The notes under the pieces are model-generated. The model did not search any database, was not told the origin of the DNA, and saw only the letters and a list, made by a program, of their open reading frames with translations. A program made the translations under genes and the position numbers. From Candidatus Dojkabacteria bacterium (lineage in GTDB: Bacteria > Patescibacteriota > Dojkabacteria > SC72 > JAFGCJ01), in assembly GCA_016929645.1 (NCBI GenBank), contig JAFGIK010000086.1, positions 408-64,407 of the forward strand: DNA of 64,000 bases, in the 5' to 3' direction. Shown piece after piece: positions 62,002 to 64,000 of this stretch. Every line of letters begins with the position of its first letter. The stretch's first letter is position 1.

Positions 62002-62640
62002 ATGATCAATCAAATAGCATGGATAATCTTTTCAATACCGACACTACTAATCTCATCTTCCGTACATGAGTTTGCTCATGCCTGGACTGCATACAAACTT
62101 GGAGATTATACAGCAAGAGCAGAAGGAAGAATGACACTTAATCCACTTGCGCACATTGATCCAATAGGTCTTCTTTTAATGATATTTGTCAGATTTGGCT
62201 GGAGCAAACCGGTACCCGTGAACGAATATAATTTTAAGCGACCAGTGCTAGGTATGGCTCTTACGGCACTAGCAGGACCCGTTTCTAACCTTATTCTTGC
62301 AATAATAGCAGCACTGATATACAGAGTATTACCACTTGGAGACATATACTCTACAACACAAACGGCATCTCAGAATTTCATTTCCATAGTTCTCCTTGTT
62401 TTCATAATCGTAAATTTATCTCTTACAATATTTAACCTAATACCACTACCTCCCCTGGATGGTCACAAAATTGTACGAGCATTACTGCCATCAGGAATTA
62501 GGTATTACTGGGAAACACTTGAAAATTATGGATCCTGGATTTTGATGCTGATATTTTTACCCTTCTCTCCGTTGTCAACAATAATTGCTAGTTACCTAAA
62601 CGTCGCAATCCTATTTCTTTTAAGAATTCTTGTTTCATAA
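62002..62640 (+). CDS. M50-family (site-2 protease-like) small zinc metalloprotease
   Basis: HEFAHAWTA (HExxH in TM helix) and NLIPLPPLDGHK (LDG motif); 212 aa, polytopic. Confidence 0.85.
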   Translation: MINQIAWIIFSIPTLLISSSVHEFAHAWTAYKLGDYTARAEGRMTLNPLAHIDPIGLLLMIFVRFGWSKPVPVNEYNFKRPVLGMALTALAGPVSNLILAIIAALIYRVLPLGDIYSTTQTASQNFISIVLLVFIIVNLSLTIFNLIPLPPLDGHKIVRALLPSGIRYYWETLENYGSWILMLIFLPFSPLSTIIASYLNVAILFLLRILVS

Positions 62641-62823
62641 AACAATACAAAAATCGCGAACTAGAGAGAGAAACAGGTTGTTCCGTTACGTCTACAAGTA
62701 GTAGAGCTCTATTCAATTTTGATCAAAGGTCTAACAATCCTAGAATAAAAGCCAGAATTACAATTCTAAACAAAGGAGAGTCGGCATAACTTTCAATCCC
62801 CACAAAGTCTTGTTAAAATTATT

Positions 62824-62969
62824 ATGTCCTACAGACAACGTTAGAGAAGACTAACGTCCCACAACCATAATACCGGGGATCCAAAATCTTTTCGTCCCGT
62901 GGGATGAAACTGAGGCTCCCCACCTGCAGCGCAGGGCGTGTTAGCTTTTGTAACAGGACTGTAGGACAT
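62824..62969. ncRNA. candidate structured RNA or miniature inverted-repeat element closed by a perfect 11-bp inverted repeat (ATGTCCTACAG...CTGTAGGACAT)
   Basis: Seen directly: 11-bp terminal stem. Internal hairpins ACGTTAG/CTAACGT, GGGGA/TCCCC, CCCAC/GTGGG, CCTGC/GCAGG. Non-coding 500-nt gap upstream of the tRNA cluster. Confidence 0.4.
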
Positions 62970-63156
62970 TTGTTTGATCATCCAAGTAAATTCCAAACTC
63001 GTAAACATTATCAAATAGGTAAAAATCCATATCTTGGCATACTAATTAGATCATGTATAATACATCAATCACAATACATTTGTGTTTATGATCTTTTCTT
63101 ATACAAACAGCTCTGTTAAAATTAGTTGCTACTGGGTTTTCTCAAGTTGATAATTT

Positions 63157-63233
63157 GCCGATGTAGCTCAGTTGGCTAGAGCAACGGTTTTGTAAACCGT
63201 AGGTCATGAGTTCGAATCTCATCATCGGCTCCA
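63157..63233 (+). tRNA. tRNA-Thr (anticodon UGU), CCA encoded
   Basis: Cloverleaf read by eye: acceptor GCCGATG/CATCGGC, D-arm AGCTCAGTTGGCTAGAGC, anticodon stem ACGGT/ACCGT with loop TTTGTAA, T-arm GGTTCGAATCC. Confidence 0.9.
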
Positions 63234-63255
63234 AGGATTCGTGTAACAATTTTGT

Positions 63256-63341
63256 GCAGGGATGCCAGAGTGGTCAAATGGTCTGGACTGTAAATCCAGC
63301 GCCGCAAGGCTACACAGGTTCAAATCCTGTTCCCTGCACCA
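63256..63341 (+). tRNA. tRNA-Tyr (anticodon GUA), long variable arm, CCA encoded
   Basis: Acceptor GCAGGGA/TCCCTGC, anticodon stem CTGGA/TCCAG with loop CTGTAAA, long variable arm (class II), T-arm GGTTCAAATCC. Confidence 0.9.
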
Positions 63342-63365
63342 GATAAAACTTCAAGAAGCCTAGCA

Positions 63366-63438
63366 GCTGGAATAGCTCAGTTGGCAGAGCGCATCCATGG
63401 TAAGGATGAGGTCCCGAGTTCGATCCTCGGTTCCAGCT
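63366..63438 (+). tRNA. tRNA-Thr (anticodon GGU), no encoded CCA
   Basis: Acceptor GCTGGAA/TTCCAGC, anticodon stem CATCC/GGATG with loop ATGGTAA, T-arm GAGTTCGATCCTC. Confidence 0.88.
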
Positions 63439-63570
63439 TTTTGGAAAGAATATGATTGGAAAAGAATATCAATCACCACTCCCGATATTCGAAAACATTC
63501 AGTTTATGTAGTCGTCAACAAAGCATTTCTACAAAAAACTTATTATTCACAAAAATCAACAGGTATTCGC

Positions 63571-63999
63571 ATGCAAAAAAAACATGAAATTCCACAAATA
63601 TGCTTAGATAATGCATTACATCCACTAGACGACATAAATCAATATTATAATTTTCGTTTATTTCTGTTCTCAATTGTGATCCCAGAAATGGCAAAATCCA
63701 AAAAAGAATATTATCTTTATGATCCAAGTTGTGGAATCACAATATCTTCTTTACCATTACCTCCAGAAAAATTTGGATATGTTCTTGCCATAGAGCAAAC
63801 AGGGGAAGAACAAGTTAGACTTTTACAATACTACTATGGAGCGGTAACCGAAATTACCATTCCCGAAACCAACGGAGATGGATCTACCGACCCAATAACT
63901 ATTAGAAATAATTTTTGTAACCAACAATCACCTACAGCAGAAAATCAACAAATAATACAAAGCTACTATCAAAATCAACCAATAATCTCACCAGAATAG
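63571..63999 (+). CDS. hypothetical protein
   Basis: The ORF track starts at 63397 inside tRNA-Thr; a more plausible start is the in-frame ATG at 63571 (MQKKHEIPQ...). No recognisable motif. Confidence 0.35.
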   Translation: MQKKHEIPQICLDNALHPLDDINQYYNFRLFLFSIVIPEMAKSKKEYYLYDPSCGITISSLPLPPEKFGYVLAIEQTGEEQVRLLQYYYGAVTEITIPETNGDGSTDPITIRNNFCNQQSPTAENQQIIQSYYQNQPIISPE

Positions 64000-64000
64000 G

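Noticed and set aside
62904-63119. 71-aa ORF on the plus strand
   Set aside because: It lies inside the structured non-coding region and has low-complexity, Cys/Arg-rich composition; probably spurious
1-64000. CRISPR arrays, transposases, integrases, phage genes
   Set aside because: No regularly spaced repeats and no recognisable mobile-element proteins were seen; the only TIR-like element is the 146-nt candidate at 62824-62969

Overview
The window is a gene-dense, AT-rich bacterial chromosomal segment, about 90% coding and mostly on the minus strand. Its gene content and order fit a small-genome, Gram-positive-like, CPR/Patescibacteria-type organism; this is inference from gene content. Most genes are housekeeping: prfA-prmC, a split rpsF-ssb-rpsR...rplI operon, ychF, the dnaX-ybaB-recR unit, mfd-pth-ybeY, rpsU, the rpsB-tsf-frr-rseP unit, nrdD, dcd, glyA, radC, topA, dprA, mrdA-mreDCB, rpmB and a Thr-Tyr-Thr tRNA cluster. 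The accessory content is more notable. (1) A three-gene cassette of unknown function (a lipoprotein, a protein with a KOW-like C-terminus, and a divergent actin-fold-like protein) sits between rpsR and ctpA-rplI inside the conserved S6-SSB-S18-L9 operon. (2) A complete archaeal-type AMP salvage cluster is present: AMP phosphorylase, form III-like RuBisCO and ribose-1,5-bisphosphate isomerase. (3) A standalone FdhF-like molybdopterin formate dehydrogenase carries Cys at the selenocysteine position. (4) Ribosomal protein S2 carries a C-terminal RNA polymerase alpha-CTD-like helix-hairpin-helix domain. (5) Several large Cys-rich secreted proteins carry LPNTG or LARTG sortase-type anchors, and one has a recent 139-bp intragenic duplication. 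(6) A GTATCTA direct and inverted repeat array lies upstream of nrdD. (7) A 146-nt element closed by a perfect 11-bp inverted repeat lies upstream of the tRNA cluster. No CRISPR array, reverse transcriptase, transposase or phage genes were seen.
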